64,000 bases of DNA. It comes from an uncultured delta proteobacterium (GTDB taxonomy: Bacteria > Desulfobacterota > Binatia > UBA9968). Location: NCBI GenBank assembly GCA_963760795.1, contig CAVXEP010000008.1, positions 1-64,000 on the forward strand, given 5' to 3'. Shown piece after piece: positions 29,231 through 40,498 of this stretch; within the stretch, counting starts at the first letter, position 1, and each line of letters opens with the position of its first letter. A program made the translations under genes and the position numbers. A model generated the notes under the pieces. The model was not told the DNA's origin, ran no database searches, and saw only the letters and a program-made list of their open reading frames with translations.

Positions 29231-29360
29231 TTCACCACGAAGGACCCAGCGCGGCAACGCCGAAACCGAAACTCGAAAAATCTCGCGCTAAGCACGCAAA
29301 GGGCGGTAAGGGAAACATGTCATTTCGACCGAAGGGAGAAATCGGCGTCTTCGCGGTGAA
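29231..29360. repeat. Composite (nested) palindromic repeat
   Basis: Outer inverted repeat ttcaccacgaaggac / gtcttcgcggtgaa; inner tgtcatttcgaccgaagggagaaatc (29318-29343) and a 9-nt-period tract. Confidence 0.65.
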
Positions 29361-29391
29361 CAATCCGACCATCCGGAATCCTTGTGTGTCC

Positions 29392-30459
29392 TCACAGCCC
29401 CGGCCGATAAAATCTCATGGCGTTGCCGCCGAGCACCGCTTCTTTGTCTTCCTGGGATAGATCGTCGCGGGCGAGCAACTCATCGATCTCGTGGCGGCAT
29501 TTGGCGGCGTCGAAGACTTCGTGGGGAAAGTCGCTGCCGAAGAGAAATGACTGGCGTCCGCCTTTGGCGACCGCAGTGTTCAAGCCGTCATCGTCGCAGT
29601 CGAAGCCGACCAAGATGCGCCCTTCGCGCAGTTGGGTCTTGAAATAGTCGCTGGCTTTTTCACCCGGCGCCGGACCGCCGAGGCGATTGCCGTGGATGTC
29701 CATTTGCACGTGGCCGTCGTGATAGGAGCGGTCGAGACGGTCCATCATGAACGGCACCCAGGTGGCGCCGCCTTCGAGAAAGCCGACGCGCAGTTTGGGA
29801 AAGCGATCGAAAACTCCATGGCCGATCATGGCCGAGGCTTGAATCATCAAGCTAAATGGATGGCCCAATGCGTGCACCGGATAGTATGTCGTGAACGCAT
29901 CCATGCCCATGTGATGCAGCGCGCCGACGTGGACGGCGAGGCAACAGCCTAATTTTTCTGCTTCTTCATAGAGCGGCCAATAAACTTTGTTGCCGAAATG
30001 TCCCTGAATCGCCTCGCCGTTGGACGGCAGCATGCCGCCCAACATGCCCAGTTGTTTGACTGCGCGGCGCAATTCGACAATCGCCGCGTCGACATCCTGG
30101 AACGGAATCAGCGCGACGCCTTTGAGGCGGGGGTTCTTGGTCAAAAACTTTTCATGGAGCCATGTATTATAAGCTCGGCACGCGATCACCGCCCAGTCGG
30201 GCGCCATGATGCGGCCGACGGCGAGGCCCGCAGTGGGGTAGAGGACGGTCCAGCTGATACCGGTCTTTTCGAGAAACTCAGTCCATGCCGCAGCGTCGGG
30301 GTTGCCGGTGGCGCGGCGATTCTCTTTCAAGTAGCGAAAGTGCAGATGATCGAACTCGGGAAATAGCTTCGCCATCTGATTGCCCTTGGGCATATACTGG
30401 GCGATCTCGTCGCCGCAGATATGGTCGTTGATATGGCCGTCGGCATCGATGATTTGCAT
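29392..30459 (-). CDS. Amidohydrolase_2 family protein
   Basis: IDADGH, RAYNTWL, LAVH, FLEGGATWVP, FGSDFPH. Confidence 0.92.
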   Translation of the reverse strand: MQIIDADGHINDHICGDEIAQYMPKGNQMAKLFPEFDHLHFRYLKENRRATGNPDAAAWTEFLEKTGISWTVLYPTAGLAVGRIMAPDWAVIACRAYNTWLHEKFLTKNPRLKGVALIPFQDVDAAIVELRRAVKQLGMLGGMLPSNGEAIQGHFGNKVYWPLYEEAEKLGCCLAVHVGALHHMGMDAFTTYYPVHALGHPFSLMIQASAMIGHGVFDRFPKLRVGFLEGGATWVPFMMDRLDRSYHDGHVQMDIHGNRLGGPAPGEKASDYFKTQLREGRILVGFDCDDDGLNTAVAKGGRQSFLFGSDFPHEVFDAAKCRHEIDELLARDDLSQEDKEAVLGGNAMRFYRPGL

Positions 30460-30630
30460 CGGCTCAACTCCTTGGTGGTTGATGGTTAACGCGAAATCTA
30501 TGCTGTTTGCTCAATACTTTGCAATCTTTTCCCGGCTTCTGCTATGGTCGTGCGACTGGCGGGGATCCAGGGAGTCAGGTCGGGAGTGCAGAGCTTCTTT
30601 GCTTGTCTACAATAGAAGGGGGAGCAGACA

Positions 30631-31065
30631 GTGGACTGGATTTTTCAAACATATGATACGTACGCGTTTCTTTTTCTGCGGTTTGGCTTGGCGGTGACGT
30701 TTTTTATGCATGGGACGCAGCATGCGTTCGGTTGGCATGGCGGCAAGGGGCCGAAGGCGCAAGTGACCAACTGGCGTGATAAATATGGCATTCCGGTGCC
30801 GATGGGGGTTTTAGCATTGGTCATCGAGCTGTCCACGGTCGTGTGCATGGCGCTGGGCTTCTTCGTCCGGCCCGTGGCCTTTGGCTTGGCGGTATTTATG
30901 GCGTTCGCGACAATTCTCAGCCACTGGGAACATGGCTTTTTTCTTTCCTCGGCAGCGGGAAGAGGGAGCGGCATCGAGTACACGATGGCGTTGATGCTCA
31001 TGGCCCTGACCATAACAGTCGGCGGCGCCGGTGCCTTGTCGGTCGATATCCTGTTGAGTCGGTAA
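30631..31065 (+). CDS. DoxX family membrane protein
   Basis: LRFGLAVTFFMHGTQH...GIEY...GAGALSVD. Confidence 0.9.
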   Translation: MDWIFQTYDTYAFLFLRFGLAVTFFMHGTQHAFGWHGGKGPKAQVTNWRDKYGIPVPMGVLALVIELSTVVCMALGFFVRPVAFGLAVFMAFATILSHWEHGFFLSSAAGRGSGIEYTMALMLMALTITVGGAGALSVDILLSR

Positions 31066-31242
31066 CGCTACGACATTTGTCGATGTGCAGGGTACGGAAT
31101 CGAAGTTTGTCCTTGGTGAAATTCGTTCTCGACCGCGCTACGAGATAGCGGCGCGGCCGCAACTAATTGTTTCGGTGCGCATCAGTGCTTGCAATATCCG
31201 CGGCGGTTACGGCGTCGCGGCGCACTCATTGACGGTAATTCG

Positions 31243-31728
31243 CTACTGCAATTTTGTTCTTAGTTCTTCGGTAAGCTTAGCGAGTTCGACATCGTCTGGA
31301 TTGATTTCCAGAGCGCTGCCGAACTCTTCGAGCGCTCTCTGGATCATGCCTTTGGTGAGATAAACGCGGCCGAGATTGATATAAGGAAAGTGGCGCGGCT
31401 CGTAGCGCTTGGCGCTCTTCGCTCGCTCGAGCCAGGGGATGGCGTCGTCGAGTTTTTGCTGCTGCATCAAGTAGACGCCGATGTCGTTGTAGGGGTTGCC
31501 GAATTCGGGGTCGATCTCGATGGCAATCTCGCATTGGGCGATGGCTTCGTTCAAGCGACCCTTAAAGCTATAGGCCCAGCCCAGATAGGTATGAGCATCG
31601 GCGGTGGGGTAGAGCGCGATTGACTCTCTATAGAGCCGGATGGCGGCGTCGAACTCCTCGGCCATCTGCAGTTTCATCGCTTCGCCGATGAGCTCGATGG
31701 CGCGCTCTTGATCTTTGCTCGTGACCAT
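31243..31728 (-). CDS. Tetratricopeptide repeat protein
   Basis: AHTYLGWAYS, DPEFGNPYNDIGVYL, PYINLGRVY. Confidence 0.9.
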   Translation of the reverse strand: MVTSKDQERAIELIGEAMKLQMAEEFDAAIRLYRESIALYPTADAHTYLGWAYSFKGRLNEAIAQCEIAIEIDPEFGNPYNDIGVYLMQQQKLDDAIPWLERAKSAKRYEPRHFPYINLGRVYLTKGMIQRALEEFGSALEINPDDVELAKLTEELRTKLQ

Positions 31729-31766
31729 ATACGTGCCGCTAGCTTACTCCGATGACTCGATTCATT

Positions 31767-32501
31767 TCAAACTCCCCAGGCGCCGCTCAACTGAATATTC
31801 GCGCCGTTGACGTAGCGCGCTTCGTCGGAGAGCAGATAGCGCACTGCGGATACCGCGTCGTCGACGCTGCCGACATAACCGGCGGGAATCATCTTCACCA
31901 TCCGCTCGAGTTCTTCCTTGGGCGCGCTGCCGGAGTCGATAAATCCGGGAGCAACGCAGTTCATGGTGATGCCGTCGGGCGCGATTAACTTAGCAAACGA
32001 GCGCGACAACGCCAGCAAGCCGACCTTGGCGATGTAATGGGCGGTGAGCTGAGGTTGGGCGATGAGTTGCTCAGCGTTGGCCATGGTGAAGGACACGATG
32101 CGCCCCCACTTCTGCGCTTTCATAATCGGCACGACTGCCTGGGTCAAGTAAAAAACCGGATGGAGGTTGTTGTCGAACATGTCGTGCCAGCCGGCGTTGG
32201 TTTCCTGCAACAGCGACACACGGTGATAGGGGCCGGCGCCGTTGATCAGGGCGTCGATGCGGCCGAATTCTTGGTGCACGCGCTCGACTAATCTAACCGC
32301 GGCCTCGGCCTTGGAGACGTCGCATTGCAGTGCCATGCCGCTGCTGCCGGTTTGCTTGACGCCATCGATGACTTCGTTGCCTCCTGGGCACTGGTGCGAT
32401 AGCAAATCGCTACCGTCCAACCGCGTGTCGGCCAGGTCCAAAGCGACGGCGCGGCCGATGCCTTTGGCGCCACCGGTGATGAGTGCAACTTTGTTGTCCA
32501 T
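31767..32501 (-). CDS. SDR oxidoreductase (two compensating frameshifts near 32385-32430)
   Basis: TGGAKGIG; the expected RGWTVAICYRTS segment is in another frame while the main frame locally reads nonsense. Confidence 0.85.
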   Translation of the reverse strand: MDNKVALITGGAKGIGRAVALDLADTRLDGSDLLSHQCPGGNEVIDGVKQTGSSGMALQCDVSKAEAAVRLVERVHQEFGRIDALINGAGPYHRVSLLQETNAGWHDMFDNNLHPVFYLTQAVVPIMKAQKWGRIVSFTMANAEQLIAQPQLTAHYIAKVGLLALSRSFAKLIAPDGITMNCVAPGFIDSGSAPKEELERMVKMIPAGYVGSVDDAVSAVRYLLSDEARYVNGANIQLSGAWGV

Positions 32502-32546
32502 TGGGTCGTTCAGTCGAGAGATTTACGATTCAGCTGCTGACGAATT

Positions 32547-34824
32547 TCAATCGTCGATGGCTAGTTCCGGTTCCGGATTCGCAGCGCCATCGCCTTCGAC
32601 CCAAGGTTTGAATTTCTCGTATAGTTCGTTGAGCTTCGCTTTGTAGTGTTCGACGTTCTCATCGGGATTGTTCGCGTCCCATTCTGACGCCAGTTTGCAG
32701 TTGCCGCTGATCTTGACCTTGGCTTTGCTACCGGTGACGTAATAGGAAATCTGATCGCCCGCCTGATAGGGGCGATCGGCTTTGAGCGCCAGTTCATAGG
32801 GCGCGGCGGCGTTGCGTTTCTTGGCTTTGACTTTCGCTTGGTAATTCTCCAGTGAGTCTTGCAGCGTCTCGGTTTTCGCCAGCCAAGAAATATCTTTGCG
32901 ATGATTGGCGACGTCGTCGGCATAACGATTGTAAAGCTCGGGAATTTTTTCTTTTTCACCTTTGAGCAGCAGCGTCAGCATCTCTTCCAGCCATTCGCGC
33001 TGGAACAATTCCAAGCCGCGCGAGCGCAGCCCGGAGCCTTTGATGCGCAGCCGGCCCTGCTCGTCAAGCAGGGCGTAGTTTTTCATCTTGTAGCTGAACA
33101 TGGCCGGGTAGCGGCCGTCGAGTTCGAGCTCGATGCCTTTGGGCAGAATCTCGCCGAGATCGTCGATCAGTTTCGTCTTCGTCGCTGGCGGTCTTGACAT
33201 TTTCCGGCGGCACGAAGTAGATACCGTCGGTATCGACTTCGATGATCTTGGCGTCTTTGTCTTTCAGCCAGGCGACGGCGGACTGGATCAGTTCCCGGCC
33301 CTTGGCCGTAACCTGATTGGCCGCGCTAAAATCGTTGAAGTGGCCCATCTGAAAACCCAGGTAGCCGTAAAAGGAATTGATGAGAATTTTAAACGTCGAT
33401 TGCAAGGCGTTGAAATAGACTCGACCTTCCTCGTCCTCGGCGTCGCGGGCGAGTTCCTTGGCTTTGAGCCGGAAGGTGCGCAGGTCGGTTAACAGCCCGG
33501 GGAAGACGCCGAGCTCGTCTTTCTTCGGCAGGTATTGATAAACCAGCATGATCGACGGATAGAGCGAGGTGACGTCGCAGTGGAGCACATGATTGGCTGT
33601 GCCCTGATACTCCATGTCGGTGAAACCGCCGATGACGGCGCCGACCTCGTCGGGGAAGGGCACGGAATGGCGCTGATGCAGATATTCGCGCAGGAACAGG
33701 GCGTCGATTTTGGTGGCATTGCCGCGCAGAGGCATGTTCTGGTAGCTGAACGGGAAAATCTGCGCCTGCACGAAGTAGCTGGGCGAAAGGATCTCGGCGA
33801 TCGCCCGGGTCTCGCGCACAGCGTCCAGGGCGTTGCGAAACAAGGTGTCGGCATCATGATCGAAATACCAGCTGGTCTTGTCGCCCGGCACATAGGTGCG
33901 CTCGGCGCCGGCGACGTCAAAATGGCGCGCGACGTCTTTCAAGTCGAAGTTCTCCAGCTCGCGGGTGGCGACATCGTAATGTTGCGCGAGAATCCAGGTG
34001 TCGATGATATGGCGGCCGAAGATTTCATATTTCCGATAGGTGATCGTCCGCTCGGCCATCTGCATGCGCGAGGCATGGCCGCTTAAGCGCGAGCCGTCGC
34101 GGCCGAAGTTGAGCGCGACTTTGTGGCGCTTGGCGCGGGCTTCGATATATTCCAAATCGAAGCGGAAAATATTATGTCCCTCGATCACGTCCGGGTCGCG
34201 CCGCTGGATCTCTTGTGCCAGCTCACGCAGCATCTCGGCTTCGCTGTACTCCTTGCCGGAGATGAGCCGCTCCCAACCGGTAGAGTCGGACAGAGCGATG
34301 GCGGTGATACGGTCGCTCTCCCGCGCTGCACTGGGAAAATTAAAACCGCTCTGGCAATAGGTTTCGATGTCGAGCTGTAAGCGCTTCAACTCGCGAAAGG
34401 TCATGCCGAGAAAATGCGTCCTGCCGGAAAGTAAAAGAAATTGTTGCAGCGGGTCGCTGAAATACCAATAAGGCGCGTCGCCGGCGGAGGGTGTCTTGCC
34501 GGTCTTTTTCTGCAAATAGGCCTTGGCGTCGTCGAGCTGTTTCAAGTCGGCGAACAGCGCCAAACGGTTGAAGGCGCCGCTGCCGGCGAGCTTTTCGATT
34601 TGCGCTTCGCCGCTCCAGCCGCTGAGAGGGTCGTCGCCTTCGAGCAGCATCAACGGCTGTAATGTCGCCGCTTCGCTGCGCACCGTTTCGCCGTCGCGAA
34701 AAAAGATCTTGACACTGGCGTCACCGTCGACTTCGAATGCGATCGCTGCCGGCGTGGCGTCATGGCCAAACAGGACTTCGTTTTTTTGAAATAGCGGGAG
34801 TAGTTGTTGCCGGTGTGCTTGCAT
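32547..34824 (-). CDS. polB: Family B DNA polymerase (DNA pol II-like) with 3'-5' exonuclease domain (frameshift near 33175)
   Basis: ExoI DIET, ExoII GHNIFRFD, motif A DVTSLYPS, motif B KILINSFYG, motif C DTDG; KNYAL and KGSGL in the downstream frame. Confidence 0.9.
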
Positions 34825-34970
34825 AAGCTCAGCGCCGACTATAGCAAACTGCTCGGGGTTCTCCTAGCCGCTGGGGCCGGGTGGGTTGCGCTCCTGCCAA
34901 TAAATTATTCGGTCGAACCCCGCTTTTCCCTGGAGGGTTTGGGGTGGGATATGGTAAATTAACAATAGTT

Positions 34971-35751
34971 ATGGACCCGCTCAGTTTTGACAGTCGTCCG
35001 GCGCTGCGCAGCCCGACCCTGGTGCTGGCATTTGCCGGCTGGAGCGATGCCGGGGCATCGGCGACGACGGCGTTGCGCTATCTGGTCGACAACCTGATGG
35101 GCAAGCAAGTTCGCCAGCATCGATCCGGAAGAGTTTTACGATTTTTACCGCCAGCGGCCGGTGGTCCGGTTGAATGACGCCAAGGTTCGCGAGATCCATT
35201 GGCCGTCCTTTGATTTTTATCACGGCGCCGCTCTCGGCATCGAGAAGGATTTTATTTTCGGCATCGGCGCCGAGCCGCATCTGCGCTGGCGGACCTTCAC
35301 TGAAACCATGCTGCGTTTCGCCCGCGAGTGCGCGGTCGAGACGGTGGTCACCTTGGGCGCCTATCTCGACGAAGTGCTCTACACCCGGCCCGTGCCGCTT
35401 ACAGGATTTTCCACTGATGCTAAATTGATGGAGCAGTTGGATCTCGCGCCGTCGCGCTATCAAGGGCCGACTGGCATCGTCGGCGTCTTGACCGACGCCT
35501 GCCGCCAGAGCGGCATGGAGAACCTCAGCATCTGGGCATCGCTGCCGCACTATCTGAATGTTTCGCCTAACCCGCGCGGCAGCTTGGCGCTACTGCTGCG
35601 CATGAACCAATGGCTCGGCTTGCGTGTCGACACGACGCCGATGGAACACGCCGCCGCCGATTTTCAAGCGAAGATCAACGAAGCCGTCAACGCCGACCCT
35701 AAACTTTCCGCTTATGTGCGTGAATTGAAGAAGCGCGAATTCGAACAGTGA
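34971..35751 (+). CDS. PAC2 family (proteasome assembly chaperone-like) protein (frameshifts near 35100-35160)
   Basis: AFAGWSDAG, DPEEFYDF, EPHLRWRTF, YQGPTGIVG, WASLPHY. Confidence 0.88.
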
Positions 35752-36460
35752 AGCTTTCCGTCCTCGTCCCGGTCTACAACGAAGAGCGCACGCTGGAAGA
35801 GGTCGTGGGGCGGGTGTGCGCTTTTCCCATCGCGAAGGAAATCATTCTCGTCGACGATGGCTCGAAAGACCGCAGCCGTGAAATTCTCGAGCGGCTTGAG
35901 CAGGTCAACAAAGCGGCTGACGATCCGCTCAATCACATCCGAGTTTTCTTTCAGCCCTTCAATCAAGGCAAGGGCGCTGCACTCAAGACCGCGCTCGAGC
36001 CATGTGACCGGCGATATCGTACTGATTCAAGACGCCGACCTAGAGTATGACCCGAAGGACTATCCGGTGCTTGTTGGAACCGATTCAGTCCGGTCTGGCC
36101 GACGTGGTTTACGGCTCAAGATTCGCCGGCGGCGGTGCCCACCGGGTGCTCTTTTTTTGGCATTCGGTGGGCAATCGTGTATTGACCTTGCTGTCAAACA
36201 TGCTGACCAATCTGAATCTTTCCGACATGGAAGTCGGCTATAAAGTTTTTCGCGCCGAAGTTCTGAAAGATATCGAATTGAAATCGAAACGTTTCGGCTT
36301 CGAACCCGAGATCACCATTAAGCTCGCCAAAAAGCGTTGTCGGTTTTACGAAGTGCCAATCTCTTACTATGGTCGCACCTACGAAGAAGGCAAGAAGATC
36401 ACCTGGAAAGACGGCGTTGCGGCGCTGTATTACATGCTGCGATTCAGGTTCTCCGATTGA
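35748..36460 (+). CDS. GT2 glycosyltransferase, Dpm1-like (frameshifts near 36000 and 36070)
   Basis: PVYNEE, VDDGSKD, NQGKGAAL, QDADLEYDP, YGSRF, FGFEPE, GKKITWKDG. Confidence 0.9.
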
Positions 36461-36477
36461 GTGGTTGTGGAAAAAAT

Positions 36478-36503
36478 GAGGGCGCAGCTTGCTGCGCCCC
36501 TAC
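36478..36503. repeat. GTAG-type REP-like hairpin between convergent genes
   Basis: Minus strand reads GTAGGGGCGCAGCAAGCTGCGCCCTC. Confidence 0.65.
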
Positions 36504-36527
36504 GGGTTGTCTGTATTCTTTCTGTTG

Positions 36528-37479
36528 CTATCCTCTCGCTCCCTCGTTCCACAATTCATCCATGTAATCCGTGAGCGCTTCCTTGAGTGGGAACTTGGGC
36601 GTATAGCCGAGCTCGGCTTGGCTGACGCTGATATCCATCGGAATGCTGCGGCTCTTGTCGGCGGCGCTGCTGCCGCTGACTTTGACTTCCAGTTTGGGCG
36701 CGACTTCGCGCACTACCTGAGCTAATTGCTCGGCGCCGTGCACCGCGCCGGTGCCGGCGTTGTAAATGCGCTGCCGGGGATGTCTGCGCTTGGCAGGCGA
36801 GCAGCAACGCGAGACCGACATCTTTACCGTAGACATATTCGTTGGGACCGTAAGTCTTGGCGTCGATGGTGATCGGATCGCCTTTGATCATCGCCAGCGC
36901 CAAGTCGCGCATGACCATGCCGACGGTGGAGCCGCCGACGTAGAAGCCGCGGCCGAACACGCCGCCGGGACGGATGATGATGGTGTCCAGGTTGTACATG
37001 CTGGTGTAGGCATGGACCAAATGCTCCGAGCAAACTTTGGTGGTGGCGTAAAGGTTGTGGCCGCCGATGGGGTGAACTTCTTTGACCACGCTGTCGTTGA
37101 TCTTGCCACGCTCGTAGACGCCAAAGGTGCTGACGTAAACCACCCGGCGCAGTTTTCTTAGCCGCGCCGCTTCGAGAATATTGATCGTTCCGAGAATATT
37201 GTTGGTCGCGCCGGTGTAAGAGTTTTCTTGCACCCGCCCGCCGATCAAACCCGCGGTGTGGACCATGGTGTCGACGTTGAATTTCTCCAGCGCCGTGAGC
37301 AGTGCCGGCAAGTCGAGCATGTTGGCGGCGACGACATCGGCTTTGTCTTTGCCGACGACTTTGCCGATGTAATCGCGATTGGGCGAAAGATCGAAAAGCA
37401 CGACTTTGTGGCCGGCGTCGACCATTTGCCGCGCCGCGTGGGCGCCGATCAGTCCGGCGCCGGTGATGAGAATGTTCAT
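36528..37479 (-). CDS. NAD-dependent epimerase/dehydratase (frameshift near 36780)
   Basis: ITGAGLIG, HTAG, YATTK; IYNAGTG...ELGYTPKF in the second frame. Confidence 0.88.
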
Positions 37480-37522
37480 GTTGAGTTCCTCCTGGGAATG
37501 TTTCCATCAATGACGTGATGAA

Positions 37523-38497
37523 CTATTTGATACCCAATTCCAGATTCACTTCCCGTTGCAAACTGAAGTCAAAAATCTTCGCCGCCGGCACCGGTTCTTT
37601 GAGTTTTAGCACTCTCGGCGTCGGCGCGGAGAAAGTCTTCGACTTCTTTGTCGGTGGCGACGCTGTTGGTTGTGAATGCTGGGCGGGCGAGACGATAGGA
37701 TTCGAGCGCGACAGCCATTTCCACATTCAGATACTTTGCCAAGACCTCCGCCGTGCCGCGTTCGTTTTCCCACAGGTATCGATGCGCGCGGGTGCGGGCG
37801 CGGACAATCCGTTTGGCCAAATCGCGGCGCTCGCGCAGGAGTTTTTCCGAAAATGCCAGGCCATTCTGCAAGCTCGGCAAATCATCGAGCGTGCTGCCGT
37901 GAATTCTCAGCTTGAACTTGTCGCGCGCCAGGATCACCGTCGGCGGGGACAATGCTGCGAGTTGGATCACGCCGCTAACGAGGCTTTGCAACTGCGCCGG
38001 CACATCGCCGCCGATTAACACCGTGATGTCTTTGTCCGGGTCGAGCCCGGCGTTCCGCAGGAAACGCATCGCCGCCAAGTGCTGCGAGCCGCCCAAGGTC
38101 GTGGTGCCGAAAGTTTTTCCCTTGAGTTCCGTGACGTTCTTGATTTCCGGTTTGGTGACCAACCAAAACAAATTTTTCTTAAGGCTTTGCGACACGACTT
38201 TTGCCGGCAGATCGCTGCGCTCCATGGCGCGAACCAGCGTGCCGACGTTGTTGATCGCATGGGCGTCGCCGCTGAGCAGCGCGGTGACGCCGATATTGCC
38301 GCGCACCTGGACGACATCGGCGATGCAGCCCTTCCTGGCGGAAAAAGCCGCGCTCTTGGGCGATGTATAAGATCGACCGAAGCGATGCTGCGGCTCGGAT
38401 AGGTGATGACGATTTTTTCCGGCGCCGGTTGTCCGCGCACCTGGGAAGTAAGAATGACAAACAGGAAAAGTGTAAATGAAAGTATTCTGGTTTCCAT
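37523..38497 (-). CDS. NMT1/SsuA-type substrate-binding protein (several frameshifts)
   Basis: Signal peptide METRILSF..., AQERGFFRQEGL, ELKGKTFG and IFDFSLQRE in successive frames. Confidence 0.8.
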
Positions 38498-38679
38498 CTG
38501 GTCCTTCAGCGCTCAATGATTAGATGCGCGCACCTACGATGTCAAGTTGAGTGACGCGGCAACGCAGCGTTATTGCGTTACCCCGCTTGACGATCTACTT
38601 CACCTGCCATATATCTCTGGCTTGCGACGCTTTTTGTAAATTCTTTGCGGTTAAAGATCTTTAGAATAAAGGAGCAAAC

Positions 38680-39547
38680 ATGAGTAGACCAAAAACAATT
38701 GAATGGCCGGACAAGGCCAAGATTTGCGTGACTTTCATTGTGCCGTGGGAGGTTTGGCCGGATAACTTTGCCAGCCACGAATCGCTGCAGCGTCAAGGCG
38801 GCGCGACGATTCCACCGCCGAAGGCTGTGTTTAAACAGAACATGGCGCTGATCACCGAGCGAGAGTATGGCGACCGGGCCGGCATCTGGCGAATCTCCGA
38901 TCTCTTCGACCGCCATAATCTCAAGGTGACCTTTCTGATGAACGGCTTAAAGGTGGAGCAGTTTCCGGAGGAATGCAAAGAATTCAAGGCCAAGGGCCAT
39001 GAGTTTTCATCCGAAAGCTACGAGCATGAATATTCTTTCATGTACACCAAAGAGCAGGAGCGCGAATCGATCCAGAAGACGGTGGCGGCCTTTGAAAAAG
39101 TCCTCGGGCAAAAACCGACGGGTTATCTGTCGCCGGGACACGCTTCGACGCCGAACACGCTGGAGCTGGTCGCCGAGGCCGGCTTCGTTTGGTGGGCGGA
39201 TCCACTCAACAGCGATAATCCCTACATCGTCGAGGCGCGGGGAAAAAAAGTCGTCGTCGTTCCCTACAACGTGCCGGGATGCAATGACTACTCCACTTAC
39301 GGCACCGGGCGAACGCCGCGCGATCTATTGCAGATCATGAAGGACCAGTTCGATTATCTTTACTGGGAAGGCGAACAAGGGGCGCCGAAATACTTTGCTT
39401 TCAATATGCACCCGTTTGTCTCGGGCGTGCCGTTCCGCACCAAGATCATCGACGAGTTCATCCAAGTACGCCAAGGGCTTTTCCAAGGTGTGGTTCGCCC
39501 GGCGCATCGAAATCGCCGAGTGGTGGCTGCAAAAGGGCTATTCGTAA
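38680..39547 (+). CDS. Polysaccharide deacetylase / PuuE allantoinase-like protein (frameshift near 39465)
   Basis: WPDKAKICV, EYGDRAGIWRI, PTGYLSP, MHPFVSG; true end VWFARRIEIAEWWLQKGYS*. Confidence 0.85.
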
Positions 39548-39553
39548 GAAACG

Positions 39554-39629
39554 GTTTCGAGTTTCGGGTTGTAGGCGGTAAGGGCGACTGGCCGGTCGCG
39601 CCTCCGACCCGACACATGAAACTCGAACT
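39554..39629. repeat. REP-like hairpin nested inside 7-nt-unit arms
   Basis: gtttcgagtttcgggtt-[gtaagggcgactggccggtcgcgcctcc]-acccga...aaactcgaact. Confidence 0.6.
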
Positions 39630-39640
39630 TAATCGACGGA

Positions 39641-40462
39641 TCACGGGGCTCGGGGAATGTCTTTTTGGCCGTCGGCAAGTCGTTTGGCTGAGGTGAGAAA
39701 GCCGGTGTGGGCGACCATGCGGTGCTGCGGTCGGGCGCTCATGCCTTTGAAGTGCCAGAAGCGCATCAAGCTTTCGCTGGTCTCGATGCAGGCGAAACGT
39801 TTGTCGTCGCGCAGCGCGTCGACCAAATTTTTAACTTGCAGCACCGTCGGCAGGTAGCAGAGCAAGATGCCGCCGGGCCGAAGCACGCGCCAGGCTCGTT
39901 CGATGACATGCCAAGGCTCGGGCAGGTCTAGGACGACGCGATCGATGTCGGTTTCTTCCAAGTCGGTGGCGACATCGCCGAGCTTGATCGTCCAGTTGGG
40001 CGACGGACCGAAGTAGCGCGAAACGTTTTGCTGCGCCATCTCGGAAAAATCTTCACGCAGCTCGTAGGAAATCAGTTGCCCGTCGCTGCCGATGGCGCGC
40101 AAGAGCGCCATGCTCAGCGCGCCGGCGCCGACTCCGGCCTCGACAACCCGCGCGCCGGGGAAAAGATCGGCCCAGATCAAGATTGGTCCGATGTCCTTCG
40201 GATAGATGACTTGCGCCGTGCGCGGCAGGTTGGGAATCAGCTGCGGCAAGCTCGGTCGAAAAACCAGAAACGGTTCGTTCACCGACGAGCGCACGACGAT
40301 GCCTTCGTCGTGGCCGATGATATCCTCGACGGCGATCTTGCCGCCGCGGATCGCGATGGCGCGCCGCTGATCGAGGCGCGAGAGATATTCCCGGTCCTTG
40401 CGGTCGAGCAAGACTACCGGTTCATCGGCGGCCAATGGCCCTCTGCGATAGTTGCTGTCCAT
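39641..40462 (-). CDS. trmI: tRNA (adenine-N1)-methyltransferase (m1A58)
   Basis: PRTAQVIYPKD, VVEAGVGAGALS, YELRED, LDLPEPW, RPQHRMVAHTGFL. Confidence 0.92.
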   Translation of the reverse strand: MDSNYRRGPLAADEPVVLLDRKDREYLSRLDQRRAIAIRGGKIAVEDIIGHDEGIVVRSSVNEPFLVFRPSLPQLIPNLPRTAQVIYPKDIGPILIWADLFPGARVVEAGVGAGALSMALLRAIGSDGQLISYELREDFSEMAQQNVSRYFGPSPNWTIKLGDVATDLEETDIDRVVLDLPEPWHVIERAWRVLRPGGILLCYLPTVLQVKNLVDALRDDKRFACIETSESLMRFWHFKGMSARPQHRMVAHTGFLTSAKRLADGQKDIPRAP

Positions 40463-40498
40463 TTTTTCAGTTATTGCGGGTCGATTCGGAACAGGGTT

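Noticed and set aside
33064-33200. Split PolB, intein or programmed frameshift
   Set aside because: A single extra base with no slippery heptamer or intein motifs, in a zone full of similar indels
32547-34824. PolB as a marker of a prophage, casposon or pipolin
   Set aside because: No integrase, Cas1, terminal repeats or phage genes nearby; neighbours are ordinary chromosomal genes
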